From: Rebecca billardiae RCC1528
Taxonomy: Eukaryota; Protista; Haptophyta
DNA length: 64,000 nucleotides
Direction of reading: 5' to 3'
NCBI GenBank assembly: GCA_965240325.2
Contig: OZ251248.1
Coordinates: 930,001 to 994,000, forward strand
Shown: positions 11,249 through 24,298 of the stretch, piece after piece
Position numbering within the stretch: the first letter of the stretch is position 1
Layout: each line of letters opens with the position of its first letter
Notes under the pieces: model-generated
What the model was told of the DNA's origin: nothing
What the model saw: the letters and a program-made list of their open reading frames with translations, nothing else
Database searches by the model: none
Program-made: the position numbers and the translations under genes

Positions 11249-13245
11249 GGTGGGTCCCTGACTCATTCTATGATTTGACTCATTCTATGATTTGACTCCC
11301 TGGCGATTTTCCAGCGGTCTTTTAAACATTTACCGGGTTTTATGGCCGGATTTCTTTTCGCGGGGCGCGGCTCGGGAAAATCGCCGGGCCGCCGGCCGGG
11401 GTCCCGATCTGAACGCTCCCGACGATGTCGGAGCGCCTCTCCAGCGCGACCGAGCCGCCGTGTGTCGGGTAGACTACTGCCAACACCTATCGCGCGCTCC
11501 AGCGCTTTGCGCGTGCTCACGGATGGGATCCGTGGTCACACATCCCCCGCCTGGCACGGGCCGGCATGTTTGACTCTCGCCCGGCTAGACGCGTACAGAC
11601 AACTTGAATCGATCGGCAGGTGTTCGACCCGTGCCTTCGAGCAGGGTCACTTTTCGCTACAAGCGGGTCAGGCGACGGGAGGCATGGGTCACCATCAGGC
11701 ATGTGCATACTCTTGACGCTCCCGCCATCTTGAGCAGCTCTACGCACCGTGAAGGTGACAATTGGGCTGCGCGCAAGCTGCTCGTGAGAACGCACGACAG
11801 CCAGCCCCGGGCTATCGGGGAGCCATGTGAGCGATTGGCGACTTCCGAGAGGGCGTGTTTGGTGGGGGTTGGTACCAATAATCGACCAGCAGGCCTGGGA
11901 TGGGTGCACTGAGGACTTGGGATGCTAAGAAGCCGCCGCGATGTGCATCGAGCACGCTGACTTGCCATCCGTGTGCACGATCAAGCGCCAGGAAGATCAG
12001 CAGGGCCTTTGACAGCGGCAGCAGGCGCTCAGCGATCCTTCCCTATGCCGAGTGTGGGCATGATATGCGGTGCTCGAGCGTGGTCGCAGGATATGGGTCC
12101 ATTCTTGACAGAACTCGGTCGCGTTGACAGGCGCGGGTGCCACCCCACGCTGTTGCTCCTGCCATCGGGTGGTCCCACTCGTTCCGCTTGTTATCTGCGA
12201 AGACTCGTACTCAGCAAATCTACGGCTAGGCGTGGTAGACCCCTCAGACGCATGTCTGATGATTGCCCGGCACGTTCTCGTCGTCACGTTGGGTGTACTT
12301 GAGCGAGCGGAAGCCGCAACGTGATGGCTAGGCCAGCAGCTCAACCATCTGACGTCTCGCCGGCCAACTGGCTGAGTGCTCTCAGCCTAGCAGCAGCGTC
12401 GGTGAACCTATCGTATTGCTGCCTGGCAAGAAGATTGTAGGAGGTATCGTCCACGGCATGGGCTGCAGCTGCGGTAGTCGTGGACTGGTGGCGGCCTCAC
12501 GCGGGTGGGCATACGACGACCGGTGACACGCTGAGTACGAGCACGGAAGCCGCCGAGCGCGGCAAGCTCCGGCGGTGGCGTTGGCTGATAGTCCAGCCTC
12601 GACGGCGGAGGGCTCCCGTGTGACGACGGTGACATGCTCGGTGGCGGGCGATGATGCGTGCCTCGGCACGCAGCCCGCCACAAACACTGCCACTCGCAGG
12701 CAGTCCCGTTGCGGCCCGTCGTTTGCCTGTGTCCGCGTCGCTCGGCGCCTATTCGATGACCCAACAAACGTACCCACATATCGGAACGAATTTGAATATA
12801 TAGTGAGCCACATCCATGGTCAATATAAAGTGGGTAACCGTCGTTATATATACGGGTAATTGGCTATATAAAAAGTGGGTAATCTGCTCGATCTTGCTGT
12901 AGTTTGTTGGAGGTATCCGCGCACAGCATATTAGAGCCCCACTCTTTGCTTCATAAAATGGTTCGGTCGGGTGTCAACGGTTGCCAATAAGTCATTCCGA
13001 TCGCATGTCGCCATCTAGCCACCATAACCATCATCAAGTAACGCTTCGCAAAATCTCTATGTGACACTAGTGGCGCGGCGCGCGCGCGCTCGGCCGCGCG
13101 ACGGCACGCGGAGTAGGATTTGAGGTCGAAACTTTTGCTCCGCCCCGATGGGACGCATTTATAGCGTCGATTCTGGGTGAGAGACGAAATCTAGGACGCC
13201 ATTCTGAGTGCGCCAGAATATCGCCCCAGTTGGGAGGGACCCACC
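11249..13245. mobile_element. 2.0-kb non-autonomous TIR element, GG...CC ends, TA flanks
   Basis: ATAGGTGGGTCCCT (11246-11259) vs AGGGACCCACCTAT (13235-13248), with weaker similarity further in (GGCGATTTTCCAGCG / CGCCAGAATATCGCC). Lower GC than the genes. Part of it (11407-11596) recurs at 28862-29051. Confidence 0.7.
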
Positions 13246-14236
13246 TATTAACGGTATAGCCACTGAGGCCTAGCCACAGTCGCATCGGGCGTCCGCGCTG
13301 CGCGCACCATAATCATATCCACTCACTAGTAGTCACTGAGAGGGCACGGTGGTCATCAGTGAGACGGCGCGTGGTCGGCCGCCACTCCGTGGCTCCGCGC
13401 GCCCGGCGGCGCGGCCGGCCGCGGCCCGCCCGCCGACTGACCGGCGGCGACAGCGGCCGAGCCGGCCTGCGGGCCGGAGCCCCCCGTGAGTCCTGACGGT
13501 GCGGGTGACGGCGGATGATGAGTCGGACTCGAGTACCTTAGACTGAGTGCTGAGTCAGTCCGGACCGCGCGGGACGCCGGACAGAGCAGCATTATAGGCT
13601 GCTCACTGGTACTCAGTAGCCGTAGGGGCGGTTGCTGCGGCGGGTCAGTCGGGACTCAGCACGCGCCGCGGCCACGCCCACACTCACCACAGACACTGAC
13701 AGCAGTGCCGCAGTTACTCATTCTCGGCACGGTGGCATCAACGGTGCTCCGGCCCGGCACGGTCCCGGGCGGGCTCGGCTCGGTGATACTGAGGAGCCCG
13801 GGCTCCGGAGTCGCGCGGCGGTCCGCGCCGGCCGCGCCGGCGATGAGCGGTGAGCGGCCCGATCCGGGGCGGCCGCCCGGCGCGCGCCGGCCCAGGCCCT
13901 GGCGGGCCAGGCCGCAGGCGTGGCGGGCGGCCGCGCCGCGGCCGCCGCGGCCGCCGCGGGTGGCCCAGCCGGCGGCCGCTTTGCACCGGCAGCGCGTGCC
14001 GCGCGATACCTGCTTGCAATATCGTCGTCTTGCCACTGGCACTGCCATCCAGCCGCGCGACCGCAAGCCTTGATCACCGCGTGTCCATGACCGGCAATCA
14101 CATTGTCGCGCCGCGCCGCGTCCTGTGATTCTGGCGTGATGGCGCGACGGGCGGGCTCTGTCGGCGCCGTGCACGCGCGCCCAAGGCCCTGCGCCGCGCG
14201 GCATGCACGGCTCCGCACGAGCCCGGCACGGCGCCG

Positions 14237-14789
14237 TCACCATCGCTTGCGCACGAGCGCCACCGAGGTGATCCGGCTGAGCTCAAGGATGCCGGGAACG
14301 GCCGAGAAGATGGCAAAGTAAAACCAGTACAGCAGGTAGTGCGAGCCCTCGATGATGAAGACGCAGACCGTGATGCACCCTGCCACGTGGAAGAGCACGT
14401 GCATGAAGTTGTGCCCGTGCGCGAACGTGGTCAGCCCCGACCAGAAGCCCACGAGCTCGAGGAGGAAGACGACCATTGTCAGCGAGAGAGCGACCACGAT
14501 CCTGGCGGGCGCACGCGCAGCGCCGGGAGGCGTGCGAGCGGGTCAGGCCGCGCGTCGATCGGCGGCGCGGGCGGCGTGCCGATCGAGCCACACGCGGGGC
14601 GCGACGGCGCGGCCGGCGCGGCTGGCGCGCGCACGATGCTTCTGCGCCCTCGAACTGCGCCTGCGTGTACCGGAGCGGCAGGCCCGCTCGCACGTTGTCG
14701 CCCTTCGACCAGAAGACGAGGAGGCACGCGATGAAGTGGCCGACCATCGAGACGAAGCGAAAGGGGATGAGCACCTGCCCCGCCGTCAT
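14237..14789 (-). CDS. TMEM107: Transmembrane protein 107 (ciliary transition zone); exons 14789-14635 and 14501-14237
   Basis: LIPFRFVSMVGHFIACLLVFWSKGDNVRAGLP...LELVGFWSGLTTF...FHVAGC...YWFYFAIFSAVP matches the TMEM107 pattern. GT-AG intron 14634-14502 joins the frames. Confidence 0.9.
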
Positions 14790-15039
14790 CTCGCCACGAC
14801 CAGGGCGGCGCGGCCCACGCCGGGCTGTCGGGCGCGCAGTAGTTTGTGTGAGGGAGTGGGTGGCGCCGCAAGTCAACCAACGGCTGCCATCCCTTGCTGA
14901 CGACCAGCGCCAGCGGCAGCGTGCGCAGGCGGCTGGACTCTGGAACTCCCGGATCCGCAAAGTGAAGGCGGCCTCTGGAAGCAGCCAGGAGGGGTTAGCG
15001 CCAGGGCGGTTGCGGGCGCTGGTGTCGAGCGGAGGGCCC
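14790..15039. promoter_or_regulatory. Putative bidirectional promoter between TMEM107 and ARL6
   Basis: Divergent start codons only 250 bp apart. Confidence 0.55.
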
Positions 15040-15729
15040 ATGGGGCTCTTCTCAGCGCTCTTCGGGAAGCTCGGGGTGTCGAAGAAGAAGGTGAAGGTCC
15101 TCTGCGTCGGGCTCGACAACTCGGGCAAGTCGACCGTCATCAACCAGCTCAAGCCGAAGAAGTTGGCGACGACCGAGCTCGTGCCAACCGTCGGCTTTGC
15201 CGTCGAGGAGTTTGCAAAGAACAACCTCAACTTCACAGTGTTCGACATGAGCGGGCAGGGGAGGTATCGCAACCTCTGGGAGCACTACTATAAGGAGGTC
15301 ACGGGCATCCTCTTCGTCGTCGACTCGACGGACAAGATCCGCATGTGCGTCGCGAAGGACGAGCTGGACACCCTGCTGGCGCATCCGGACGTGAGGAACG
15401 TGCCGATCCTCTTCCTCGCGAACAAAATGGACCTGCCGCTGGCGATGACGCCGGTCGACATCGTCTCCGTCATGGAGCTCGACCGCATCACGGAGAAGCC
15501 GTGGCACATCTCGTGCGCGCGCGCGCCGCGCGCCCCCGCGCTGGCCGTCGCGGGTCGCCGGCGCCGCGGTGGGCGCCGTGCGAGGGAGCGCGCGCCGCGG
15601 GCGCTCACGCGCAGTCCCGTCCGCCCGCGCGCGGCGCGCCTCGGCAGGGCGACGAACGCGCTGACTGGCGACGGGCTCGACGACGCGTTGAGCTGGCTCG
15701 CCGACCAGATGAGCCGCTCTGTGAAGTGA
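15040..15729 (+). CDS. ARL6: ADP-ribosylation factor-like 6 (BBS3) GTPase; intron 15513-15647
   Basis: MG myristoylation start, GLDNSGKS P-loop, VPTVGF, FDMSGQGRYRNLWEHYY (diagnostic of ARL6), ANKMD, ATNALTG. Confidence 0.95.
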   Translation: MGLFSALFGKLGVSKKKVKVLCVGLDNSGKSTVINQLKPKKLATTELVPTVGFAVEEFAKNNLNFTVFDMSGQGRYRNLWEHYYKEVTGILFVVDSTDKIRMCVAKDELDTLLAHPDVRNVPILFLANKMDLPLAMTPVDIVSVMELDRITEKPWHISCARAPRAPALAVAGRRRRGGRRARERAPRALTRSPVRPRAARLGRATNALTGDGLDDALSWLADQMSRSVK

Positions 15730-16417
15730 GATGCATCGTCATCCGCGCTTCTTTCTCGCGGGCATCAACTCCTATCACCGCCCGCGCACCATGCGCACGC
15801 GCCTCGCAGCAGCACCCGTGTCTACCCGTCTGTGCTCCGTAGTATTTTGCCCACGCCTGCCGGGCCCGTCGTGCTTGCCGCGCGCGCGCTCGGCCGCATG
15901 GCGCGGGCCTGCATGGGTACTTCTGTCACACGCACGGCATCCAGCCGGTCCGGGAGGCGGGGACACCGTCACACCGCGGCGGCCGGACTCCGTCTCCGTC
16001 TCCGTCGGGGCAGCCGGCAAGCGCGCCGCCCGGCGTGTGGACTGCGCACGAGTGCCCGCGCCGCGGAGTCGGTATACGTCTCGGATGGCACATGCACTCG
16101 CGTGGAGTGTACTCCGTCTGAGTCATCCGTGTACGTCGCCGTCTGAGCTCGCTGATCATCGGTGGAATACGTCTCAACTCGTTGAGACCCTGACCTACGT
16201 GCGCGCAGCAACAGGGAAAAAAATGGAAAATCCTCAAATAATAATCAAAATGCTGGGGAAATGCTGGCAAATAATATGCGGAAATGACGATGCCGAATGA
16301 TGAATAAATGCCTTTGGCTTGCTGACCAACCGGAACACGGGCTTGCTGACCACTGACCAAGCGGCTGCCCACCTGCCGGCACGCAGCCGGAGGCGAACGC
16401 GAACGTGGGCGCCCACC

Positions 16418-16729
16418 ATGGGGAAGGCGAAGCCCGCGCACCACACCGCCAGGGAGCTGCAGGCCAAAGCGGATCTGCACAAGCCGCGCGGCGGCGGGAA
16501 GGCCGGGCAGGCCGAGCGCGCGATCAAGATCGCGTACACGTGCACCATCTGCAAGCTGTCCATCGCCTCGATGGGCCACATGAAGACGCACTACGAGGCG
16601 AAGCACCCGAAGGCGACGCTCGACGAGGCCGTGTACAACGCGCAGGCGGAGGCACAAAAGGCCAAGGTGCAGGAGGCCAGGGCAAAGGGGTACTCCAACA
16701 CGGGCAAAAACGGGCCGTCGACGTTGTGA
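16418..16729 (+). CDS. Small C2H2 zinc-finger protein (ZNF706/At2g23090-like)
   Basis: Basic N-terminus MGKAKP...GGGKAG and CTICK...MKTHYEAKHPK. Confidence 0.8.
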   Translation: MGKAKPAHHTARELQAKADLHKPRGGGKAGQAERAIKIAYTCTICKLSIASMGHMKTHYEAKHPKATLDEAVYNAQAEAQKAKVQEARAKGYSNTGKNGPSTL

Positions 16730-17988
16730 TGCCAGGCATGGCTCCCCGCCAGCGTGGCGGGCTGGGCGCGCTGGCTACGGTATCACGTCGCGCGCGCGCC
16801 ACCGAGCTTCTGCGCGGCTGGGTTCAGGGCGGCGCGACTCTGCCGCCTGCCGGTCCCGCCAAAGCGCCCGGCCACACCGCTGTCTGCATACCGCCGATCG
16901 CGCCGCGTGGGCGGCGGCCTTGCTCACGCTGGCTGTCGAGACGCAGCATCGGCGCGGCTCTGGAGCTGTCGCGACGGTCGCCGAGTCCAGGACAGGCCCG
17001 GGCCCGGCGGGAGTGCCGCTCTGCTGAGCACTTTGCGCAACGGCATATAGATCCATTAGTTCACGCATCATCGCGCATATAGTTTACGTCGTCCCGGATA
17101 TGGCAGCCGTGCGTTCACGTCGCGCGCGTCTAAAGGCCCGACGCCGACCGGGCCGACGGTCCGACGCAGCCGGTAGTGGCCTCCCGCGCCAGGCGCGCCA
17201 CGGGCCCACGGGCACGGCGGGCCGTGCGGCACGGGCAACCCGCTCCGGCCGGCTGGCCGCCCGGGCCCGCGGGCCCCGGGCCCGGCGGCGGGCCGGCGGC
17301 GGCGGCCGGCCGGCCGCGCCCGCCGCCGCGGCGCAGCCCGCGGCGCAGCCTCGGCAGGCCGCCGGCAGCCCGCTCCGCGGGTGGGCGCGGCCGCGCGGCC
17401 GCCCGGCCTCCGCGGGCGCCGCGGCCGGCCGGCCGCCGGCCGCCCGCCGGCCCGCCCGCGCCGTCGCGGATCCCGGCCGCCGCGGCGGGGACCGCCGGGG
17501 ATCCGCAACCTCGTATATGAATTGTTCATGTCATATCGCTGATGCTCATAAACTATATAGAATCGCGTCACCCTGCGGCCCGCCGGGTAGCTAGCCATAT
17601 ATGCCGGCTGCTGTGCCCGCGCCAGCGGCGCCAGGCGGCAGGCGCACCGCGCAGCCCGGGCCTCGCGACTTCACGTCTGCTGAAGTGCAAAGTGTCAAAA
17701 TGAGGAAGCCGCCTGGGCCTCAGTCGTGTCGCCCGGGCCGCGACTCGCAGACCAGCGCCGGCGGTCACGGGCGACGACATCCGCTGCCAGCAGCGTCCCG
17801 CAGCTGCAAGCACCCGAGCGCGTGACCTGGCCGGCCCGTGAGGCGCGACTGTGATCGCGCCCCTGCCGGCGCCGCTGCGGGGGCGCCTGCTGCGCCGGCG
17901 CGCGACAGGCTGCGGCTCGTGAGTCGGCCGTCCCGACGGCGTCAGCCCCGCGCGCTCGGCGCCCTGGCACGCGCCGACAGCTAGCAGC

Positions 17989-19935
17989 TCACTTGAGCAT
18001 GGGCTCCCTCTCGCCCGCCTCGAGCCCGCCGTGCGGATGCGCATGCGAGTGCGAGTGCGAGTGATGGTGCCCGCCCGCGCAGCAGTCGGGCGCGTCCGAC
18101 GGCAGCCGCACGGGCTTGTCGTCAAAGGGCACGAGACCGGTGCGCCAGCCAATGTTGCGGCACAGCCCGCCGTCGAACGCGTTGAAGAACGCCACCTTGT
18201 TCGGCGGCACCGGCCGCTTCATGTGCGGGTACTTGCGCCAGTTGATCGTCTCGTTGGTCGTCAGGTTGCGCACGATCAGCGAGCCGTGGAACAGGACCAT
18301 CGAAGTGCCGAACATTGTCGAGAAGACAAAGTCTCCCGCGACGATCGCGACCACCCTGCACGCGCGCACGCGCGTCGGGGCGAGGGCGCGCGCGGCGCGG
18401 CGGCGGCGCGCTTGAGAGGGCGAGCGTGGCGCGCTGCCCCGCCCCCTCGCCCGCTCGCCCGCCCGCGCGCCCGCCAGCGAGCGCGCGAGCGCGCGCACCA
18501 GTCGAACTGCACTGTGCGCAAGTACTGATAGGACGCATACACGTGCAGCCCGCACGCGATCATGCCCGCCCACTGCAGCAGGTAGAAGCGCAGGTAGTTG
18601 GCCTTGCCCACGCAGTTGTCCACCCACGGGCAGTGGTGGTCGTGCCTCAGCACGCAGCCGCCGCAGATCGGGCAGTGCTTCGCGCGCAGCGGGCGCACGA
18701 TGTGGCACGTGTGGCACAGCGTGATCCCGCGCCCGCCCGACGCGTCGACGCCCGTCTGCGTGGTCGCCTGCTCCGCTGCCAGCCGCAGCTCCTCCTCGTA
18801 CCGCTCGCGCTCGACGCGGTTGATCGGGACGAAGCCGGGGTCGGATCTGACCGTGTACGCGAACAGCGCGAACATCGCCACGTTCGCCACCACGTACGCG
18901 AAGTGCAGCGTCGACCAGTCCGGGCCCGAGAGTCCGGGCTGCAGCCAGAGCGGGTAGACCGTGTATGCCAGGACGCCGTTGAAGAGGAAGAAGAAGAACG
19001 GCTGACGCGGCCGCTTGGAGCCGTCGGTCTGGTTGACCGAGCCGCAGGTGATCAGCCGCATCAGCGTGCCCGAGGCCTGGTGCGAGCGCAGCCGCTGGTA
19101 GATCTCCATGTGCCGCCTGCGCGGCGCGCGGCCGCGCGCGCGCGCGCCGCGAGCGCGTGGGCGGGCGGCGTCCGCGCGCGCGCGCGAGGGGCGCGTGGCG
19201 GCCGGCACGGCGGCCGGGCGCGCGGCGCGCGGCGCGTGGCGCGCACCTGGAGCGGCCGGCGACCTCGGTGGCGACCATGAGCGGCGTGCGCCCCTTCTTG
19301 TCCTTCAGCCCCAGCAGGCTCGGGTCGCCCTGCTCCAGGAAGTACTCCACCACGCTGCCCTGCCCCTGCGCGGTCGCGAGGTGAAGCGGAGTCGAGCCGT
19401 AGTTGTCCGCGTCCGACGCGTCGAGCCCGAGGTGGTGGAGCAGGCCGACGGTGGGGAGCATGCCCTGGTACGCGGCCCAGTGCAGCGCCGAGTCCTGGTG
19501 CTCGTCGAGCAGGTTGATGTCCGCGCCGCGCTTCACGAGCACGTTCACCAGCTCGGTGTGCCCGTACTGCGCGGCGAGGACGACGGGCGTCGCGCCCTGC
19601 GCGTTGCGCGCGTTCATGTCGGCGCCGTGCTGCAGGAGCTCCTGCACGACCTGCCACCAGCCGCGCGTGCAGGCCCAGTGGATCGGCTCCATCCCGTCGT
19701 TCGTCGTGGCGTGCACGGGCAGCCCGAGCGCGATGGCCGCCTTGACGACCGGCAGCGCGCACACGAGCGACGCCCAGTGCAGCACCGTCGCGCCGTGCTC
19801 GTCGCGCACAAAGGCTGCCTGCGGGTTGGAGTTCATGTACGTGACGATCAGGTCGGGCTGCTGCGGGTCGGACGTCTTGACCATCTCGATCAGGCTCATC
19901 TCGCCCGACGCGCCCGTGGGCGCGGGGCCGATCAT
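17989..19935 (-). CDS. Ankyrin-repeat DHHC S-palmitoyltransferase (Akr1/TIP1/ZDHHC13-17 type); introns ~19246-19117 and 18498-18356
   Basis: Ankyrin repeats ([24 protein letters not shown]), TM helices, [43 protein letters not shown]. Confidence 0.93.
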   Translation of the reverse strand: MIGPAPTGASGEMSLIEMVKTSDPQQPDLIVTYMNSNPQAAFVRDEHGATVLHWASLVCALPVVKAAIALGLPVHATTNDGMEPIHWACTRGWWQVVQELLQHGADMNARNAQGATPVVLAAQYGHTELVNVLVKRGADINLLDEHQDSALHWAAYQGMLPTVGLLHHLGLDASDADNYGSTPLHLATAQGQGSVVEYFLEQGDPSLLGLKDKKGRTPLMVATEVAGRSRCAPRAARRAPGRRAGRHAPLARARGRRPPTRSRRARARPRAAQAAHGDLPAAALAPGLGHADAADHLRLGQPDRRLQAAASAVLLLPLQRRPGIHGLPALAAARTLGPGLVDAALRVRGGERGDVRAVRVHGQIRPRLRPDQPRRARAVRGGAAAGSGAGDHADGRRRVGRARDHAVPHVPHRAPAAREALPDLRRLRAEARPPLPVGGQLRGQGQLPALLPAAVGGHDRVRAARVCVLSVLAHSAVRLVRALARSLAGARAGERARGRGSAPRSPSQARRRRAARALAPTRVRACRVVAIVAGDFVFSTMFGTSMVLFHGSLIVRNLTTNETINWRKYPHMKRPVPPNKVAFFNAFDGGLCRNIGWRTGLVPFDDKPVRLPSDAPDCCAGGHHHSHSHSHAHPHGGLEAGEREPMLK

Positions 19936-20266
19936 CGCGCGGCGGGGCGGTTGGAGTGGCGCGCGGATTTGTCAGCCACGCTGACGAGCGAGCCGCTCTG
20001 CTGGCCGCTTCCGCGCGGCGAGTTCAGAGTGCATCCGGAATTCCGGCCGGAACCAGTGCCGAATGGCGGATCATCGCGGCAAACTGCGAAAACGGGCCGA
20101 TTTTCGGCATTTTCACGGAGGGTTTTTCCCCGCAATGGTTGACGAACGAGGCACGGCCGGGCGATGAAACAGAGCTGCAGCAAGCTTTCAGAAACGACCA
20201 GCCGCGGAGCCACGGCCGCGTGCGCTTGGGCGCGTCCTCGCAGCCCAGGCCGCGGGGGGCGAGGGG

Positions 20267-23169
20267 ATGCGGCGCTTGCCGCCGCCCTCGCACCAGCCCT
20301 CGCGCGAGCTCCCCCAGCCCTCGCCCCACCGCCCCGTCGGCTCGGCCCCGCGCTCGCGCTCGCAGCGCTCAGCGGCGGTGGCCGCGTCGTGGGAGCCTTT
20401 GCCCGAGGGCACGCGCAGGCGGCGCGAGGCGAGCTGGCAGAACCGCTGGAGCGTGCTCGACGGGCGCATCCCGCCGTACGACGCGCGGTACGACGCGCAC
20501 TGCCCGTACACCACGCTCCCCGCGTACCGCCAGCACGCCGCGCGCAGCCTCGCGCTGCAGCGGCAGCAGGCGGCGGAGGCGCAGCGCGCAGCCGTCGCCA
20601 ACCGGATCGCTGCGCTGGAGGCGCGGCGGAGAGGGGGCGCGGCGGGGCGCGGACGGCCGGGCAGCGCGTGCCTCCCGAGCACGCACCACGCCGCCGGCAC
20701 GCGCTCGCCCACGGCCTGCGCCTCCTTCCTCTCCTCCTCGCCGTCAGCGACGCTGGGCGCGCCCTCCAGCTATCTTCACGGGGGGGCCTCCGGTGGTGGC
20801 CCCTCCTCCAGCTATCTTCACGGGGGGGCCTCCGGTGGTGGCCCCTCCTCCAGCTATCTGCACGGGGGGGGCTCCGGTCTGGGCGCGGGCAGCAGCGGCA
20901 GCGTGGGCGGCGGTGGGCCGAGGGCGGGCGCGTGGCCCGGGCCGAGCGGCGCGCAGCCGTACGTGCTCGACGAGGGCCTCGCCTCCCGCCCTCGCTCCGC
21001 GCTGCCCCACCACCGCGCCGCGCCGCCGCCAGGCGGGCCGTCCGCCGCGCGCCTGTCGGGCGTCCAACTGACGGAGGAGGCGAGGCGGGCGATCACTGCG
21101 CGCGAGTTTGTGCTGCAGCAGCTGCGGCTGTGTCTGGAGGCGATGGCGGCGGTGCTCGCGGCGGCGCGGGAGGGCGCGCCGAGCCCCGCGCCCGCCGCCG
21201 AGCCCGCGCCGCCCTCCGGGGCGCCGCGGCCTGACGAGCCCGCCGCGCGGCAGCCGGCGGCGGCGGCGGCGGATGGTGGTCCAGGCGAGGCGCCGGCGCC
21301 GAGCGCGGCGCCGGCCGCGGCAGCGCAGGCCGCCGCCAGCTCGGGGGCGTCGGGCACGGGCGCCCCCGCGGCCGACGCGTCTGCGGGGTTTGCCGAGCTC
21401 CGCGCCGAGTTCATCGGGCTGCTGGCTGACCTCCGCACCGCCGGCCAGCGCGTGATGAGCTGCGTCACCCGCTGGCGGCGGCACCGCTCGCCGCAGCCGG
21501 CGACGCTGATGGGTGAGCCGTTTCGTGTGCTGCTCGACGTGTCGCGGGGCTCGCGCGCGGCGATGGTGCTGGCGGAGCGCGCGGGCGAGGGGTGCGTCGA
21601 GGTGTCGTACACGAGCAAGATGCTGGGTGACACGTACTTCCTCGGGCTGGGCGGGCCGTCCGACGTGATGCTGCTGCGGACATTCGGTGCGCGCGCAGCG
21701 CCGCCGTGCGCACACGCGCGCGAGGCGCCGCGCGCACCCCCTCCGCCGCCCACGCGCCACGCCGCCCGCCCCGCTCGCGCCCCCGCCGCAGGCGAGCGGC
21801 CGCCGCGGCGCGCCGACCTCACGCCGCCCTCCGCGCTGACGCAGCTGCCGCCGCCGCTGCTGGTCAGCGATCTCTCGCTCGCACTGCTCGACGACTCGGC
21901 GCGGCCGAGCGCGCAGCACGCGCCGGAGGAGCTCGCGCAGCTCTGGGCCGCCGAGGCGCTGCTGTTCGCCGAGGCCGCGGCCGCTTCCGCGAGGCTTCCG
22001 GACGCTTCCGCGAAGCCTCCGGACGCTTCCGCGAAGCTTCCGGACGCGCTCTCGATCGTCCCAGACGAGGCGCTGGTGGTGGCGGCGCACGCGGCGCTCT
22101 TCGTACCAGCGGAGCAGCGCGGGCTCGCGGCGCAGCTGGCAAGGCTGCGCACCGCGTGGCGGATCCTCCACGGCGAGCCCGACGTCGCCGCCCTGCGCAT
22201 CCAGCGCCTCGTGCGCCTGAAGCGAGCGGCGCGCGCCGCGCGCGCCAAGGCGGACGCTGAGCGGCGCGCGCGGGCGAGGCTGGCGCAGTGGGGGCTGGGC
22301 GACACGGCGCGGGGCGCGGCGGGCGCGCGCGCGGCGCCGGCGGGCGGCGCGACGGCGGGCGCGGCAGAGGCGGCCCCCGCGCCCGCGGGCCCGTCCGCCG
22401 CCGCCGCCGCCAAGGGGAGGCGCGCAGGCCGGCACTCGTCGCTCGCCGACAGCGGCGCGCGCCGCGCGCCGAGCGACCGCGCCGGCGCGGGGGCCGCGAG
22501 GCGGCAGCGGCCCCGATCAGCGTCGGTGCGCGCCGCGGCCCGCGCGGCTGGGCGGCGTGTGCCATTCTTGCGCCGCGCGCGCGCTCGTGCGGTGCGTGCG
22601 GGTGCGAGGTGCGCGCGCGGCTGAGGCGACGCCCCGCCCCCGCCACACGCCGCCCGCCGCCCGCCGCCCGCCGCCCGCCGCCCGCCGCCCGCCGCCCGCC
22701 GCCCGCCGCGCCGCGCTCACAGGCGATCGGCGCCGTCGGCAGGCGGCGCGGCGACAGCCTCGCGGAGCCGGGCGGCGGCGGCGCGGTCCGCGCCGCGCGG
22801 CAGCGCTCGCAGAGCATCGACGAGCGCAGCCAGCGCGCCGAGTCGCTCGAGACCGACGAGCGCGCCGGCGCCGACGCGTCCTCCTCGCCCTCCGGCAGCG
22901 AGACGGAGGACACGAGCTTTGGCGGCACCGAGGTGAGCGGCGCCAACTTCTTCACAAACTTTGACGAAATGGACGAATTCGACGAGCTCGAGAGCATCGC
23001 GGAGTCGGAGGCGCGGCAGGAGCTCGACGCGGAGGAGTCGCTCGTGCACCTGCACGCCATCGACCAGGGCCTCCTCGCGCTCGACGCCAACTTTGCGAGC
23101 TGGGCGCCCAAGCGTGATCTTGCCGCCGTCGCGGGGGCGGCCGTCGGCCGGCGCCGCGCCGGCGCGTGA
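20267..23169 (+). CDS. Hypothetical multi-exon low-complexity protein with an IQ-like motif
   Basis: Long ORF with coding-like codon usage, AALRIQRLVRLKRAAR, probable GTGCGC...CAG introns near 21688 and 22526-22722, acidic final segment. The 3' end is uncertain. Confidence 0.5.
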
Positions 23170-23475
23170 AGTGTCTGACGAGCGGTGGCGCCAGCCCGAC
23201 TCCGCGCGCGCGGCTGTCGGGCGGGTGGCGGAGCGCGCTCCGACGGCGCGATGTGACGTGGCACGTGAGCGTTCACGAGTCTGCATCGCTCGCCCGGGGG
23301 TGACGTGGTGCCGAACCCAAGGGGCGCAGTCCGCCATCGCCCTTCGCCGCCAGCCGATGCCAAGCGGCCCGGACTCGGAGAACGAGCAGCCGGATCGCGG
23401 CCCGTAAACATTGTAGTGAGCGCAGCCGTTTGACTCGGCCGAGCTCGCCGGCGGCTGCGCCACCGACCCGCTGAG

Positions 23476-24262
23476 ATGGAGGAAGCGCGGCCAGTGGACA
23501 CGACGCGGCGGCGGCTGCTCGACGTGGCGGCGCAGCTGGAGGAGGAGCAGGCGCAGCGCGAGCGGTGGCACGCGCAGCGCGAGGCCGAGCTCCTTGAGCG
23601 CGCCGACGCCGCCGAGCGCGAGCGTGGCGAGCTCCGCCTCCTCGTCGCGTGGGTGCGCAAGGAGCGCGACAAGATGGCGTCGGAGAACGCCGAGCTGCGG
23701 CGCGCGCTCGACGCGGCGCGCGCGGAGAGCGGCGAGGGCGAGCGCGTGCGCGAGCTGACGTGTGAGCTGCTCCAGACGCGCTTCGCCCTCGCCGACCTCG
23801 CCGCCGCCGCCGATCCCGGGCCCGAGCGCAGCCGCGCCGACGGCGCGGACAAGGAGAATGTTGGGCCGAACGCTCGGCCGCGCGCCGCGCCGCCGCAGGG
23901 CGCGCGCTGGGTGGCGAGCGCGCTGGACGGGTGCTCGCGTGACGCACTGCTCGCCTCGGCGCGCGGCGCTGACGTGCGCCGCATCACCGAGCTGCTCTGG
24001 CCGACGGCGCGGCTGGCGGCGGCAGGGGATTCGCCCGCAGCCGCGGCAGCGGCGGCGGCAGCGGAGGCAGGGGCGCGCGCCGCCGGCACGCCGCCGCTCG
24101 CCGAGACGTTGGGCGCGGCGCTGCGCGCGCTACTCGCGCGCTACGCCGCGCCGGGCGACGAGGACGACGACGAGTACCTGCCCCCGGACGTCGCGCGCGT
24201 GTGCGACGCGCTCATCGACCTCGGCGCCGAGCTTGACGGCACGGCGGGCGTGCGCGCCGCGG

Positions 24263-24298
<36 letters not shown>

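Noticed and set aside
13300-14000. GC-extreme CCGG/GGCC-rich tracts (also 17150-17510)
   Set aside because: Low-complexity intergenic sequence with no defined period or boundaries.
15513-15647. Stop-free 3n introns (also 39611-39757, 54668-54772, 59718-59834) as regulated intron retention
   Set aside because: About a third of introns are 3n by chance, and stops are rare at this GC content.
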